A stretch of 55,162 nt of DNA from a virus (Duplodnaviria; Heunggongvirae; Uroviricota; Caudoviricetes): the IMG/VR virus record IMGVR_UViG_3300029718_000386. One strand, given 5' to 3'. The position numbers and the translations under genes are program-made. Of the stretch, positions 35,956-46,531 are shown piece by piece. The notes under the pieces were generated by a model. It made no database searches. It had not been told where the DNA came from and was given only the letters and a program-made list of their open reading frames with translations. Position 1 is the first letter of the stretch. Each line of letters opens with the position of its first letter.

Positions 35956-37923
35956 TCAAACAGGAATTCTACTCAAATCTTCAGCATATTTTTGAGTGAA
36001 CTCAAACATTTTGGGGTTGTTTAGCAAAATTGCTATTTCTTCCGTAAAACCTGACTGCGCAACGCCTGTTAAATCTCCGGATCCACGCTGCTTTAAGTCT
36101 TGTTTTGCGATTTCAAAACCGTCATTCGTTTCAACCAAAGCTTTTAGTCTTTGATTATCTTGTTTGTCTGAAATTAACAAACAATAAGACTGCAAATTGC
36201 TTCTGCCTACTCTGCCCCTTAACTGATGCAGCGAAGCCAAACCAAACATTTCTGCATTTGATATTGCAATCACTGTTGCATTTGGAACATTGACGCCCAC
36301 TTCTATCACAGTGGTTGAAACCAATATTTGAATTTTATTATCGCAAAAATCTTTTAAAACCGCAGTTTTTTCTTCTGCCTTTGTTTTTCCAGTTAATGAT
36401 TTAACCACGACAGAAGAATTATGTTGGGAGAAATATTTTTCCAGCATTGCTGTTAATTGTTTTACAGACAGAACATTCTTCTGTTTTCCTGAGCCACTTT
36501 CGATTTTTGGTGCGACAACATAACACTGATGCCCTTTCTTGATTTCTTGATTTAAAAATTCAAAAGCATTTTCATAATCATTTTCAATTTTAGTGGCTAC
36601 AGGAAGCCTTCCTTGAGGCTTTTCTTTAATGGTATATACATTTACCGAGTTACCATAAAAAGTCGTTGCAAGCGTTCGTGGGATAGGTGTGGCGGACATT
36701 GAGAGCGAATGGACTTCGCCAAGAGTCTTATTTCTTAATTTCTCTCTTTGTGAAACACCAAACTTATGTTCTTCGTCTGTAATAATCAATGCCAAATTAT
36801 TATATTCAATGCTGTCATTTAACACGCTGTGTGTTCCGACAATAATATCATAACTGCCATTATTTATGTCTTGTATTATCTTTTTTCTTTGTGAAGCCTT
36901 TATATTAGAAGTTAACAAGGCTATTCTCAAACCAAACGGTTCACACAATTCTTTTATGTCTTGAAAATGTTGTTCCGCAAGCACTGATGTAGGCGCGACC
37001 AACACAGACTGATAATGCGATTTTGCCATTGCGGCCATAATCATAATTGCCACAATTGTTTTACCAGATCCAACATCACCCTGAATTAAGGCGGTTTCAC
37101 ACTTCCCTTTTTTCATATTGGAAAGAATTGAGTTTATTGTCTGCTTTTGGTCATTAGTAAGTTCAAATGGCAATCTTGCAGCAATTTCTTTTATAATTCT
37201 AAAGTCAGTAGGAACAAAATTCGTCTTAGAACAATTTTTATTATCTTGTTTTGCAAGTTTGATTGAAAACTTCAAAAGCTTTTCAAAATCCAAAGTAGTT
37301 AAAGCTCTTCTTAATCTTTTGAAATTTGTTGGGAAATGAATTTCTTTGTATGCTTCTTCTAAAGTCATCAAATTACATTCTTTTCGGATGTATTCAGGAA
37401 TCCAATCTTGAAACTTATATTCATTGACACATTTCGTCAACACTTCTCTGAAATTATCATAGTCTTTTTCAGCTATACCGGTATATACCGGCAAGATAGT
37501 CAAGGCTTCATTTTTGCTTTCTGTTGTAATTTTTGGATTTTGCAACGAAAATGTTCTAAATTTTTCATCGTAATGTAATGTTCCGCATACATGAATAGGA
37601 TGACCGCTCATTCGATACAAAATTGGGCGCATATATGCTTGACCAAACCACATCACATTCACTTTTTTGTTCGTGATTTTGTCAATACAATGTCCTACGA
37701 AATATGTTATATGTGTAGTTGTTTTTCCCTCTTTATAATCATTGAGATGCAAACACATACAAACTTCATTACCGACATTCTCGAAAGTTGCACCTTGCGG
37801 ATGCGTAAAATCAATATATTTTCTCGGAACAAACTTAACGATATCTTCTTGATCCGGTTCTTTAGGCAATTTGACTTTTGAAATCGACAAGAGTTCGATT
37901 ATATTCTTATATTCGATAAACAT
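35956..37923 (-). CDS. recG: RecG-like SF2 DNA helicase (element-encoded, divergent)
   Basis: IHFP, LPFELT..Q, LIQGDVGSGKT, APTSVLAEQH, DEEHKFG, MSATPIPRT, STTVIEVGVNVPNA, LHQLRGRVGR, DGFEIA..DL..RG.GD. Confidence 0.9.
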   Translation of the reverse strand: MFIEYKNIIELLSISKVKLPKEPDQEDIVKFVPRKYIDFTHPQGATFENVGNEVCMCLHLNDYKEGKTTTHITYFVGHCIDKITNKKVNVMWFGQAYMRPILYRMSGHPIHVCGTLHYDEKFRTFSLQNPKITTESKNEALTILPVYTGIAEKDYDNFREVLTKCVNEYKFQDWIPEYIRKECNLMTLEEAYKEIHFPTNFKRLRRALTTLDFEKLLKFSIKLAKQDNKNCSKTNFVPTDFRIIKEIAARLPFELTNDQKQTINSILSNMKKGKCETALIQGDVGSGKTIVAIMIMAAMAKSHYQSVLVAPTSVLAEQHFQDIKELCEPFGLRIALLTSNIKASQRKKIIQDINNGSYDIIVGTHSVLNDSIEYNNLALIITDEEHKFGVSQREKLRNKTLGEVHSLSMSATPIPRTLATTFYGNSVNVYTIKEKPQGRLPVATKIENDYENAFEFLNQEIKKGHQCYVVAPKIESGSGKQKNVLSVKQLTAMLEKYFSQHNSSVVVKSLTGKTKAEEKTAVLKDFCDNKIQILVSTTVIEVGVNVPNATVIAISNAEMFGLASLHQLRGRVGRSNLQSYCLLISDKQDNQRLKALVETNDGFEIAKQDLKQRGSGDLTGVAQSGFTEEIAILLNNPKMFEFTQKYAEDLSRIPV

Positions 37924-38041
37924 AATTAGCCTCCTGCATTATTAATACTACAATTTACAAAAAAAGAAAAAAGAGCCAGTATAAAGCTGGCTCTTTTGTT
38001 TTCAGTGCTGCTCATATAGGCGTAAAATAAGCAGCTTTGTG

Positions 38042-39805
38042 TTATTTTGTTGTAAATGTTTTGGTTGTCCAACCGGAATAAAGATAACTCCAAGAGGAAC
38101 CGTTCTTTACCAGGTTGTATTGACGAATTTTTACGGTATATTTTTTGTGACGCTTCAAACCGGACAACTTGACGCCATAGATTTGATTGCTGTCAGATTT
38201 GATGGTCTTAAAGCTGTTGCCGTAGCCATATTTAATTTCAACACCACTAAATGCAGATGTCTTTTTCCACTTAATGTTTGCCGTTCCCTTTCCCGCACTT
38301 ACGGATGAGAAGGCTGCAGTCTTTGGATATGTACCGCCGGTCATATATAACGGATCTCCGTAATATTTTTTGCCGTTTACGGTCTTGTATTTTTTGATGC
38401 GTACTGTGGCTTGACCACCGGTTGCAACGCCATTGATCTTATAGCTTGTGGTTTTGTTATTGGTAATGGTCTTTACGGCCTTCCACTTTCCACCGGATTT
38501 CTTTTCGACAATATAGCCGGTGACATTTTTTTCCCGTAGCCAATACACAGTCGTACAACCATTTCCGGCCTTAAATGGCATTTTTGACATTGTAAACTCA
38601 CCGTCCGACGGACGAATGGTAAACGTCTTTGTGATTTTACCGCTGTAATTGCCAATTCCGGTAATAACGACGCTTGCGGTGCCAATCTTTTTATTGTTGG
38701 AATAAGATACTTTGTAGTCTTTGTCTTTCCGCAGAGTTGTCTTGCCCAGTTTAACTGTTACGCCAGGCGTTTTAGATTTGTTATTGTATTCGTAGCTTGT
38801 AGATGACAGCTTGACATTCGCTTTTGCAATTGAAGGCTTTGAATAAGACTTGGTACTCATATTGTTACCGTAGGTCTTTGCAAAGTAGCCACCAGTGAAC
38901 ACTTCTGTTCTGGTATGCATCTCTTTTGCCGTTTTTGTGTCGCACATATCTCTATCGCTCTTTAAAAAGTAGCGGTATTTATTATTGGTTTGCCCGGCGT
39001 CGTTATAGGTATCGTCCCAAGTAGCATCAATGTTGTAGTATTTTCCGTTTAACTTAACGATATTCCAGGCGTGAGTATCGGAATTAACGATTCGGTCGTT
39101 ATATCCCATTTCTTCGTTCAGACGATGAATAGCTAAAGCATAGCCCTGGCATACAGATTTGTGATAAACGAACGGACCTGCAGCTGAATATGCGTATGAC
39201 CGATTATGGTTCTTTGCTGCATCGTAATCATAGGTGTTGATTTTCAACACGTAATCGTGGATCGCTTTCAAATTGTCATAATCAGACAAATGTTTAGCCT
39301 TAAGCGACTTCACGAACGAGTTAACAGCCGATTTAACTTGCTGTTCTTCTTTTGCTGTGTCTTTGTAATCTGCTTTGATTGTAAATTGTCCGTAATATCT
39401 GCCCTCGTATCGAACCATCTTTACGCTGCCAGTGGTTTGATTTAACTGATATTTCAAATAATCCCCATCTGTGGGACTTGCAGACAGCTGATCGTCAATG
39501 GCATTAAAGAGCAGATCTTCATAAAGCAGATTAAAGTTTTTATATCCTCCGTACTGCTGATTGAGTGCTACATTCAATGTAAATGAAGTATTGCGCTGCA
39601 CCAGATTATCTCTGTATTGCTCGTATAATTCCTTACCGGGCGTTAAATACATTTTTCCACCATAAAGATACATATTACTCTTTACGGTTGGGTTAATTTG
39701 CACTACTGTTTTTGTCGGTTCTGCAGCAATTACGTTATACGGCAACACTGCCACTTGTCCGGCCATTAAAGCAGCCAGCAGAACACTGCCGATTTGTTTT
39801 ACCAA
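38042..39805 (-). CDS. Secreted transglutaminase-like protein with FN3/Ig-like repeats
   Basis: Signal peptide; VCQGYA, HAWN, IDATWD triad; VITGIGNYSG repeat; FN3 repeats; TTG start. Confidence 0.8.
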   Translation of the reverse strand: MVKQIGSVLLAALMAGQVAVLPYNVIAAEPTKTVVQINPTVKSNMYLYGGKMYLTPGKELYEQYRDNLVQRNTSFTLNVALNQQYGGYKNFNLLYEDLLFNAIDDQLSASPTDGDYLKYQLNQTTGSVKMVRYEGRYYGQFTIKADYKDTAKEEQQVKSAVNSFVKSLKAKHLSDYDNLKAIHDYVLKINTYDYDAAKNHNRSYAYSAAGPFVYHKSVCQGYALAIHRLNEEMGYNDRIVNSDTHAWNIVKLNGKYYNIDATWDDTYNDAGQTNNKYRYFLKSDRDMCDTKTAKEMHTRTEVFTGGYFAKTYGNNMSTKSYSKPSIAKANVKLSSTSYEYNNKSKTPGVTVKLGKTTLRKDKDYKVSYSNNKKIGTASVVITGIGNYSGKITKTFTIRPSDGEFTMSKMPFKAGNGCTTVYWLREKNVTGYIVEKKSGGKWKAVKTITNNKTTSYKINGVATGGQATVRIKKYKTVNGKKYYGDPLYMTGGTYPKTAAFSSVSAGKGTANIKWKKTSAFSGVEIKYGYGNSFKTIKSDSNQIYGVKLSGLKRHKKYTVKIRQYNLVKNGSSWSYLYSGWTTKTFTTK

Positions 39806-39819
39806 TTTCTATTTTCCCC

Positions 39820-40479
39820 TTATTTTGTCTTAAATGTTTTTGTTGCCCAATCAGAATAGAAGAAATATGTCTTTCCGTCTATCCGTTTGGTGCGTATGGC
39901 TTGAATTTTGATCGTGTATTTTGTCTTGCGCTTTAGACTGCCAAGATATAACCCATTCAAACAACCGTCATTTAGCTGCATTTGCTTTGCGTTTTTACCG
40001 GACCCGGTATAAAACATTACCGCGTACCCCTGACAGTTCGAAGGGCGGCTCCAACTTACGTCTGCAGTCGTTTTACCTGTAGAGATTTTAACACTTCTAA
40101 CAGGAGGCGGATTTGTTGCGGTTGTATAGACAATCGGTTCCCCATAAGTGCATCTACCCTTTGTTTTGATGTACTTATACAGTCTTACTTTGTAAACTGT
40201 ACCAGATTTCAGACCTGTCATTTTCCAAGAACCAATTTTTGGATCTGTAATATTTTTCACTGTGACCCACTTCTTATTTTGATAGCGGTCGATTTTATAC
40301 CCGGACACATGTAAGTCTGTTTGCCAGACATACGTGATGGATGTTTGTGTTACATTTTTTGTTGTTGCGGTGCTAATTTTTGTCGGCTTTTCTTGTGCCT
40401 GCGCTATCACAGGAACAACCATTGCTGCTTGTAAAACAACAACACCGGCAAGTAGTGCAGAAATTACTTTTCGTTGCAA
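39820..40479 (-). CDS. Secreted fibronectin type III domain protein
   Basis: Signal peptide; two FN3-like repeats (TGLKSGTVYKVR, LKRKTKYTIKI); TTG start. Confidence 0.8.
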   Translation of the reverse strand: MQRKVISALLAGVVVLQAAMVVPVIAQAQEKPTKISTATTKNVTQTSITYVWQTDLHVSGYKIDRYQNKKWVTVKNITDPKIGSWKMTGLKSGTVYKVRLYKYIKTKGRCTYGEPIVYTTATNPPPVRSVKISTGKTTADVSWSRPSNCQGYAVMFYTGSGKNAKQMQLNDGCLNGLYLGSLKRKTKYTIKIQAIRTKRIDGKTYFFYSDWATKTFKTK

Positions 40480-40636
40480 AGTTATACCCCCTTATTTTCG
40501 TTTTTTGCAAAAGAAAAGGAACGGACTGCAAAATCCGCTCCTAAATTTCAATGCATTCTGTATTTAATTTTAACAGGTTTTATCTAAAACCAAAAGTTGC
40601 GTGAAAAAGCTAAACTATTTTGTGCAATATGATGGA

Positions 40637-41053
40637 CTATCCAACGAGTGTTTGGACTGCAAAGGCAACAATAAATGACACAAGTGCTGCTATACCGCAC
40701 GCTTTAGCTGTTCTTGGCTGTGATTTCTTATCTGCAAAGAAAACAACAAAGCCAACAATGGGACAGCAGATGGAGAGAATAAGCAAAGCAATGTTGATTG
40801 CTTCTTTCTCTTTGCCTGCGTTGCCATTTGCATAATACTGTGGAATGTCACTCCCGTTAACGTCGGTTTTCTCCCGCTCCATAGTTTCTGTATCTGCAAA
40901 AGTTTCATCATCACTCTTTGTGACATTTTCGTCCTTTGCAACTGATGTTGTTTTTACGCCCCCCATAAGTCCGGATAACGCCCGAGAACCGCAATATGGG
41001 CACTCGTACATACCGTCTGCCACTTCTTTGTGGCACTGATTACAAATTTGCAT
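40637..41053 (-). CDS. Zinc-ribbon membrane protein
   Basis: CNQC...CPYCG N-terminus; C-terminal PIVG..P..AKACG two-TM motif. Confidence 0.75.
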   Translation of the reverse strand: MQICNQCHKEVADGMYECPYCGSRALSGLMGGVKTTSVAKDENVTKSDDETFADTETMEREKTDVNGSDIPQYYANGNAGKEKEAINIALLILSICCPIVGFVVFFADKKSQPRTAKACGIAALVSFIVAFAVQTLVG

Positions 41054-41239
41054 TACTCTAATCCTTTCGGTTGAAGTTATTTTTTTGTTTTGTATTTGTT
41101 TTAATTATATCACAATGCAAAAGAATTCTAAAATGATGGCACATGAGCATACAAAAAAGAAAACAGCAAGTGCTTTCACACCTGCTGCTCTATGTATGTT
41201 TTTGTACGATTTAAGAATGTCTTTCTGAAGTGTTATGCG

Positions 41240-42223
41240 TTAGGCTGCAAAGTTTCTGTATTTCTTCTCAATCACAGCCTCAATAGACCCAAACACCCGC
41301 GCGTGTTCTTCGTCGAAGGTGTACAGACGAACGGAAACAATATCCCCTTCTCTCGGCAGATCAATGCAGTTGATTTTCCGACAATACACGTCGATACCGC
41401 TGATATGATCGCCAATCTGCACAAAGTAGCCGCCATCCTTAACCCCGGAGACTTTACCCTTGAGAATGGAGTCTTTACGGTACTTCTTCATATTCTCACG
41501 CATTACATTCGGCTGGGCCGCTTTAATGGACAGCGTTGCATTTATGGTCTTGTTCTCTTTGTCGATATCTAAAGTTAAAAACTTAACATGCAACTGTTCG
41601 CCGATGTATACAACGTCTCTCAGGTCCTCTGTATACCGCCAAGACACCTCTTTGGCAATGATTTTTGCCACGTAGCCATATACTTCTACGATTACGATGC
41701 TCTTTGCAATGGAAATCACTCGTGCGATAACAGATTCACCGGCCTCAAAAGCACGTTCAACTTTTGATTTTCCGTCCTTATCGCTCTTAAAAAAGTTCGA
41801 CTGCTGCTTTTTCTGCATTGCTGTGATACGGTCGCCCACAACCATTTTGTTGGCCGCGTTGATGCTTCTCTCGTCCTTGTAGACAACAAAGTCAATCTCG
41901 GCACCGATCATTGCTCTGATGTAAGCCTGATACATTTTAGCCTTATTGTTTTCGCTGACCGGATTACCGGCCTTGTCAACGGCATTTTCAATATCAAGCC
42001 CCATAAGCGATCCGGGAATTAACACCTGATATCCCTCAAATGCACCCAACGCATAGTATTTCTGACTTGCATGTGTGATGCCGGGAGTCGTATTTGGTAC
42101 AACGCCCACGATTTGCGTGCGCAAAATCTTGCCCTCTGTTCTGGACTGGTCGAGCTTCTTATAGGTCTCGACATTCTGATATTCTTCGTCTAATTGAATT
42201 TGGTCTGTGTGTTTATAAGCCAT
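41240..42223 (-). CDS. S1 RNA-binding domain protein of the conjugation locus
   Basis: S1-like repeats (ARVISI..IVEVYG..EVSW; GKVSGV..GYFV); directly downstream of VirD4. Confidence 0.75.
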   Translation of the reverse strand: MAYKHTDQIQLDEEYQNVETYKKLDQSRTEGKILRTQIVGVVPNTTPGITHASQKYYALGAFEGYQVLIPGSLMGLDIENAVDKAGNPVSENNKAKMYQAYIRAMIGAEIDFVVYKDERSINAANKMVVGDRITAMQKKQQSNFFKSDKDGKSKVERAFEAGESVIARVISIAKSIVIVEVYGYVAKIIAKEVSWRYTEDLRDVVYIGEQLHVKFLTLDIDKENKTINATLSIKAAQPNVMRENMKKYRKDSILKGKVSGVKDGGYFVQIGDHISGIDVYCRKINCIDLPREGDIVSVRLYTFDEEHARVFGSIEAVIEKKYRNFAA

Positions 42224-42255
42224 TTTTCTACCCCTTTACTTAAAAGTTTAATTTG

Positions 42256-44343
42256 TTATGCCGCCTTAGTTGGCTTTGGCGGAATTTGTACATTTTGCAA
42301 AAACGGATTGTTTTGGCTGAATATATTATCCATACTCCGTTCTTGCTCGTCTTTCTCTTTTTGTGCTTCTTGCTTGATCTTATCAAGTTCTTCCTTTTGA
42401 CGGCGTTTTTCTTCTTCTTCACGCTGCTTTCTTAGCATCTCTTTTTGAAGTTCAAGAGCCTGCTGTCTCTTTTTCCAATCTGGAACGTGCTTTTCCACTT
42501 CTTCAGGAATCAGCTTTTCACTAAGCGGATGCAACGTGTAGTCGAATTTCTTCGCCTTCAATGCTTTTTGACCACGCAAGAAGATGAGTTCTTCTGTATT
42601 CTTTAAACGCAGCACTTCGTCAGAATTGAGAACCTTTCTTTGTCCTGATGAACGAACTTCGTTATAAGATGTGCTTTGGTTGAACACTTGAATAGTTCGG
42701 TCGTATTTTGAATTTTGTGTTTCTACTTCAATTGTTGCTATGCCCGTTTTGTCCGAAATATACTTGGCTGTCGTTTCATCGGTACACCCCAAAAACACAG
42801 TTGCATCGCAGTTACCGAGAATTTCTTCCCACTGCCCATTTGGATAACGGTTTTGCATTTGCGTGATGTTCTGAAAGATAACAACAATATTCAAATTACG
42901 CGATCGAACGGTTGAGATCTTCTTACAAAAATCTGGAATTTGGCCTATATTTGGAAATTCATCCAGAATTAGGTTTACAGGAATTGCATTCTTCGTATGC
43001 TTCAGTCTGTCAGCCTTACGCACAAGCTTGATAAACAGCATTGCGTAAAACAAAACCGCAATAAAGTCGAACACTTTATGCTGATCAGAGGTGATGCAGA
43101 AGTATGCACACTTTTCAGTTACCGGCTTCGTCATATTGATCTCTTTTGATGATGTAATATTACGAATTTGGTCGTCCTGAAACACATCCAGCATAATGCC
43201 AAGGCCATTTAGAATTTGCCCCTTTACTTGGTCCGTACAGACACGGAAGATATTGTAGGCTCTGCGTGCTACGCTATTCTCCGGCAACACATCGAACATT
43301 CTGTCGATCTCTTGTGGCGTTTTAGAGGAAATAATATCGTAGACCGAACCCATATTTTGATTTTCTTCCGGATACTCATACATAACATACAAACATACGG
43401 CCTTTAACAGGTTTCTTGCGTTGTCGGACCAATAATCCTGCTCGCCGGTTGCATTCATTACGATGGTATCTGCAAAAATCTTTGCGTCCGTGCTGTCTAC
43501 ATTTCCGTCTTCATCTAAAAGTTCTGCAAGGCAATTCCAACTGTCACTGTGCTTTTGCTCATTCAGGTTGAACATCTTTACGTCATACCCCTTCTCTCTC
43601 AAGAGTGGAGCACAATCTTCATAGAGTTCTCCTTTAGGGTCTGTAATGATAATGCTTTCTCCGCGAACTGATGCCTGCATAATCAGATTACGAGCCAACG
43701 CTCTGGATTTCATAGTACCTGACGCACCAAACACTGCAATGTGATGGTTTAGTTTATTGTTTACGATACTATCAATTTTCCAGTTCCTAGCTTTGCCCTT
43801 TTTCTTATACTCGGCGTCCGAACAAAGTGAAATTACAGGTATCTTTGCTTTAACGCTTGCCGGAGTGTCTTCCTTAATGTCAGAAGTGTCTACGGAAAGT
43901 GGCTTCCCGAGAATAACACCCTCTGTCTCTCCAACCGGTTTTACGTCCAGCACATCCCCCAGTTCTGTAGGGTCAAAGATAAGTTCACTCGTGCCATAAG
44001 TACCTTGTTCTGTCAGCACTCGAAATCCGCGCTGATCTGCTTTGCCTCGTTCTTTCTTATTCCGGGGGTCAACAATGAAGCGTTTGACTGCCCAGAATAT
44101 AAGAATGACAAGCAACAGGCACAGGTACCCACGTCCTGTTGTAAAAAGTTCCTGATAGACTTTCAGCGGGTTCCACGTGAATGGTGATGTTATTTCTTTA
44201 TTTAACACCTTTGGTAGTAAAACGATTGTTTTAATCGCAAGTGACAGCAACCCCGACACGTATGTAGTACCTAAAACAAGCAGGACACTTTGCCACGGGT
44301 GGGCTCTTACCCATCTCTTTATGCTTTCGATCTTTTCTTTCAC
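42256..44343 (-). CDS. virD4: VirD4-like type IV coupling protein
   Basis: Two N-terminal TMs, GASGTMKS, ITDPKGE, WNCL, ILDEFPNIG, RSRN, QNITQ..RY, ILGNCD. Confidence 0.93.
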   Translation of the reverse strand: MKEKIESIKRWVRAHPWQSVLLVLGTTYVSGLLSLAIKTIVLLPKVLNKEITSPFTWNPLKVYQELFTTGRGYLCLLLVILIFWAVKRFIVDPRNKKERGKADQRGFRVLTEQGTYGTSELIFDPTELGDVLDVKPVGETEGVILGKPLSVDTSDIKEDTPASVKAKIPVISLCSDAEYKKKGKARNWKIDSIVNNKLNHHIAVFGASGTMKSRALARNLIMQASVRGESIIITDPKGELYEDCAPLLREKGYDVKMFNLNEQKHSDSWNCLAELLDEDGNVDSTDAKIFADTIVMNATGEQDYWSDNARNLLKAVCLYVMYEYPEENQNMGSVYDIISSKTPQEIDRMFDVLPENSVARRAYNIFRVCTDQVKGQILNGLGIMLDVFQDDQIRNITSSKEINMTKPVTEKCAYFCITSDQHKVFDFIAVLFYAMLFIKLVRKADRLKHTKNAIPVNLILDEFPNIGQIPDFCKKISTVRSRNLNIVVIFQNITQMQNRYPNGQWEEILGNCDATVFLGCTDETTAKYISDKTGIATIEVETQNSKYDRTIQVFNQSTSYNEVRSSGQRKVLNSDEVLRLKNTEELIFLRGQKALKAKKFDYTLHPLSEKLIPEEVEKHVPDWKKRQQALELQKEMLRKQREEEEKRRQKEELDKIKQEAQKEKDEQERSMDNIFSQNNPFLQNVQIPPKPTKAA

Positions 44344-45578
44344 ATTTTAACCTCCCCGTTCTTTTCAAAGTTGAATTTGTAAAACGAGAAATACAGTTTC
44401 CCCTGTTCTTTGATTTGCGAAAATACTTCTTCATAAAATTTCTCCTGACTCGCATCACACACAATGTTCAGTGGCTTTGCTTTTGTATTTTCTTTGTAGT
44501 ACCTAAGTACCTTGCGCAAGTGCCTAACTTCCGGAAGGTACCCAATGATGTTGTTATACTCGTCGCTGATGGAAATAAAAACGTCCTGTAATGTCTTTTT
44601 TGCTTCGTTCACATAGGGCACTGCAAAAATGTACGCGTGGTACTCCATACAGTCCGTTGCATTCCAATAGTCTCGCAAATCCTTTGCCTGTAGTGACATC
44701 AGCAGATTTAGGTGTCTAAACTCTGTGGAGTTCCTACCGTATGGCAAAAGATAGATACGTTGATAGTCCATGACGTCGATGATGTTATGGATTTGCTGCC
44801 ACTCTGGCATAATGTCGTCTCGTTCCACCAGCTGCTTAATTTTGTCCACCGACTGGTAGACGTACACGCAGTCTGCACAGACCGAACCAGTACCTACAGA
44901 AAGTTTGCTCAAAAGTACCTGTTCGTTCTTTTCGTGCAAATTGAGGTTTTTGTATGCTGTAAAATAAACGGGAAAGGTTTTATGTTCGCCGTCAAGCAAC
45001 CCCAAGAATTTTGACGCACTGAGTACCAGCCCATTTCGTGTTGTAAAGTCATAGACGGTTCCCACTTTCCTCGTTTCGTCCAGGTTCCCATTTCGGCGTT
45101 TGAATTCAATCGCTGGCAAGTACCTAAAGGATGCGTTCGTTAAAAGATCTGACTGAATTTCTTTTTTTGTTCTGTCTTTTAGTCTTACTTGCTTTTGGAT
45201 GATTTGCAATGCGAATTCTACGTCAAACATTGAGTCGCAGAGCACAGTCCGTTTCAGCCTTTCTTCTGTTTGTTCGTTTCGTGTTGCAATTTGCTTTTTG
45301 TAATGCTCACGCAACAGTTTCATTTCTTCGCTTATAAGATTGGTACAAGCGAGATATTGTACCCCTTCTTTTGTTAGAACTACTGTGTCATATAACGCTT
45401 TTCCCTTTTGTTCTTGATTGTGGCTGAAATTTTTGTTGTACCCTATTCTTTGTCTCTTTATGAGGTTGGCTTTTATCAGCCGAGGAATGAGTTTGAACTT
45501 GATATTACTGTCACTGAATGTTCTTGGCATATTATACAACACAGCCAACGGCAAGATGTAATCACTGTATGTCAACAT
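44340..45578 (-). CDS. Hypothetical conjugation-linked protein; start may be ATA at 45623
   Basis: 412-aa ORF whose stop overlaps the virD4 GTG; wHTH-like N-terminus (LTKEGVQYL). Confidence 0.75.
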   Translation of the reverse strand: MLTYSDYILPLAVLYNMPRTFSDSNIKFKLIPRLIKANLIKRQRIGYNKNFSHNQEQKGKALYDTVVLTKEGVQYLACTNLISEEMKLLREHYKKQIATRNEQTEERLKRTVLCDSMFDVEFALQIIQKQVRLKDRTKKEIQSDLLTNASFRYLPAIEFKRRNGNLDETRKVGTVYDFTTRNGLVLSASKFLGLLDGEHKTFPVYFTAYKNLNLHEKNEQVLLSKLSVGTGSVCADCVYVYQSVDKIKQLVERDDIMPEWQQIHNIIDVMDYQRIYLLPYGRNSTEFRHLNLLMSLQAKDLRDYWNATDCMEYHAYIFAVPYVNEAKKTLQDVFISISDEYNNIIGYLPEVRHLRKVLRYYKENTKAKPLNIVCDASQEKFYEEVFSQIKEQGKLYFSFYKFNFEKNGEVKM

Positions 45579-45790
45579 CAGGATCAGCCTTTGTTTCTCG
45601 CTTATGTTCTTCGTTTTTGTTATGACTTCACCCCCTCCAGTCCATCATACTGGTTTTTGGTACTACACCCGGAGGCTTTTGAATTCTCCGGATTGAAAAA
45701 TCGAAAAAATCTTGATTTTACGCAATTTTTTCCGTTGTGATAATGGTCAAAAACACACAAATTTTTATTTTTTGAGGTTTTTGACCTATT

Positions 45791-46498
45791 TTAGGCCATT
45801 TCTTGATTTGTAATGTGGATGTCACTTACACCAGATAAGCACTCTCGAATAGCGGACACATTGTCGATAAAGTCCTCTTTTAAGACACAAAACACCATAG
45901 TCTGATCCGGTCCGTCAATCGGAATCGTGTCCAGATAATAAGATGCGTATTCATACGAATCATCTGGCACAAAGAGTTCCTTAAACACATTGATTAACTC
46001 GTGATATTCTCGGTTGTCCGTGTCGGGAATGTAGTGTTTTGGTGTGTTCTGATCAACCAAGTTGTAAATCAAAAACATACATTTGTTGTTGGCGGGCTTT
46101 ACCCCGTTTTGCACTGCAAAGCGTCTTAAGCTTTCTTTTATAACAGATGAAAAATAAGAGGCTGTACGCTCATATGTATTACCATCTTTTCCCTTGCCCG
46201 TGATCCTAAAATTCAGCAACGGCGGCAATACAAACGCAAGTAATCTTTCGTTTATTCTTTGCGCTTTGACATACTTTGAAGTCGTCAAATGCTGGAACTC
46301 AGATGCGTTTTGCATATCGTTTGGTGTGTGCAGGATTGCATATTTTCTTATGTTATATGCGAGTGTTTCGGCCAGCGAATTCATATCCCAAAGTTGTTTT
46401 GGATTGTCAGAATTGTTGGTGATAAAATCTTGTTCCAGACTTAGAAGTCGATTCGTTTTGCTTAAAATTGACGTGTTAAAACTTTGATTATTATTCAT
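45791..46498 (-). CDS. Hypothetical conjugation-linked protein (DUF6100-like)
   Basis: LPPLL...D.DN......IN....DD pattern and position between VirB4 and VirD4, as recalled from clostridial ICEs. Confidence 0.6.
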   Translation of the reverse strand: MNNNQSFNTSILSKTNRLLSLEQDFITNNSDNPKQLWDMNSLAETLAYNIRKYAILHTPNDMQNASEFQHLTTSKYVKAQRINERLLAFVLPPLLNFRITGKGKDGNTYERTASYFSSVIKESLRRFAVQNGVKPANNKCMFLIYNLVDQNTPKHYIPDTDNREYHELINVFKELFVPDDSYEYASYYLDTIPIDGPDQTMVFCVLKEDFIDNVSAIRECLSGVSDIHITNQEMA

Positions 46499-46531
46499 TT
46501 ATTTACTCTCCTCTTGCCATTGATTTTGCCT

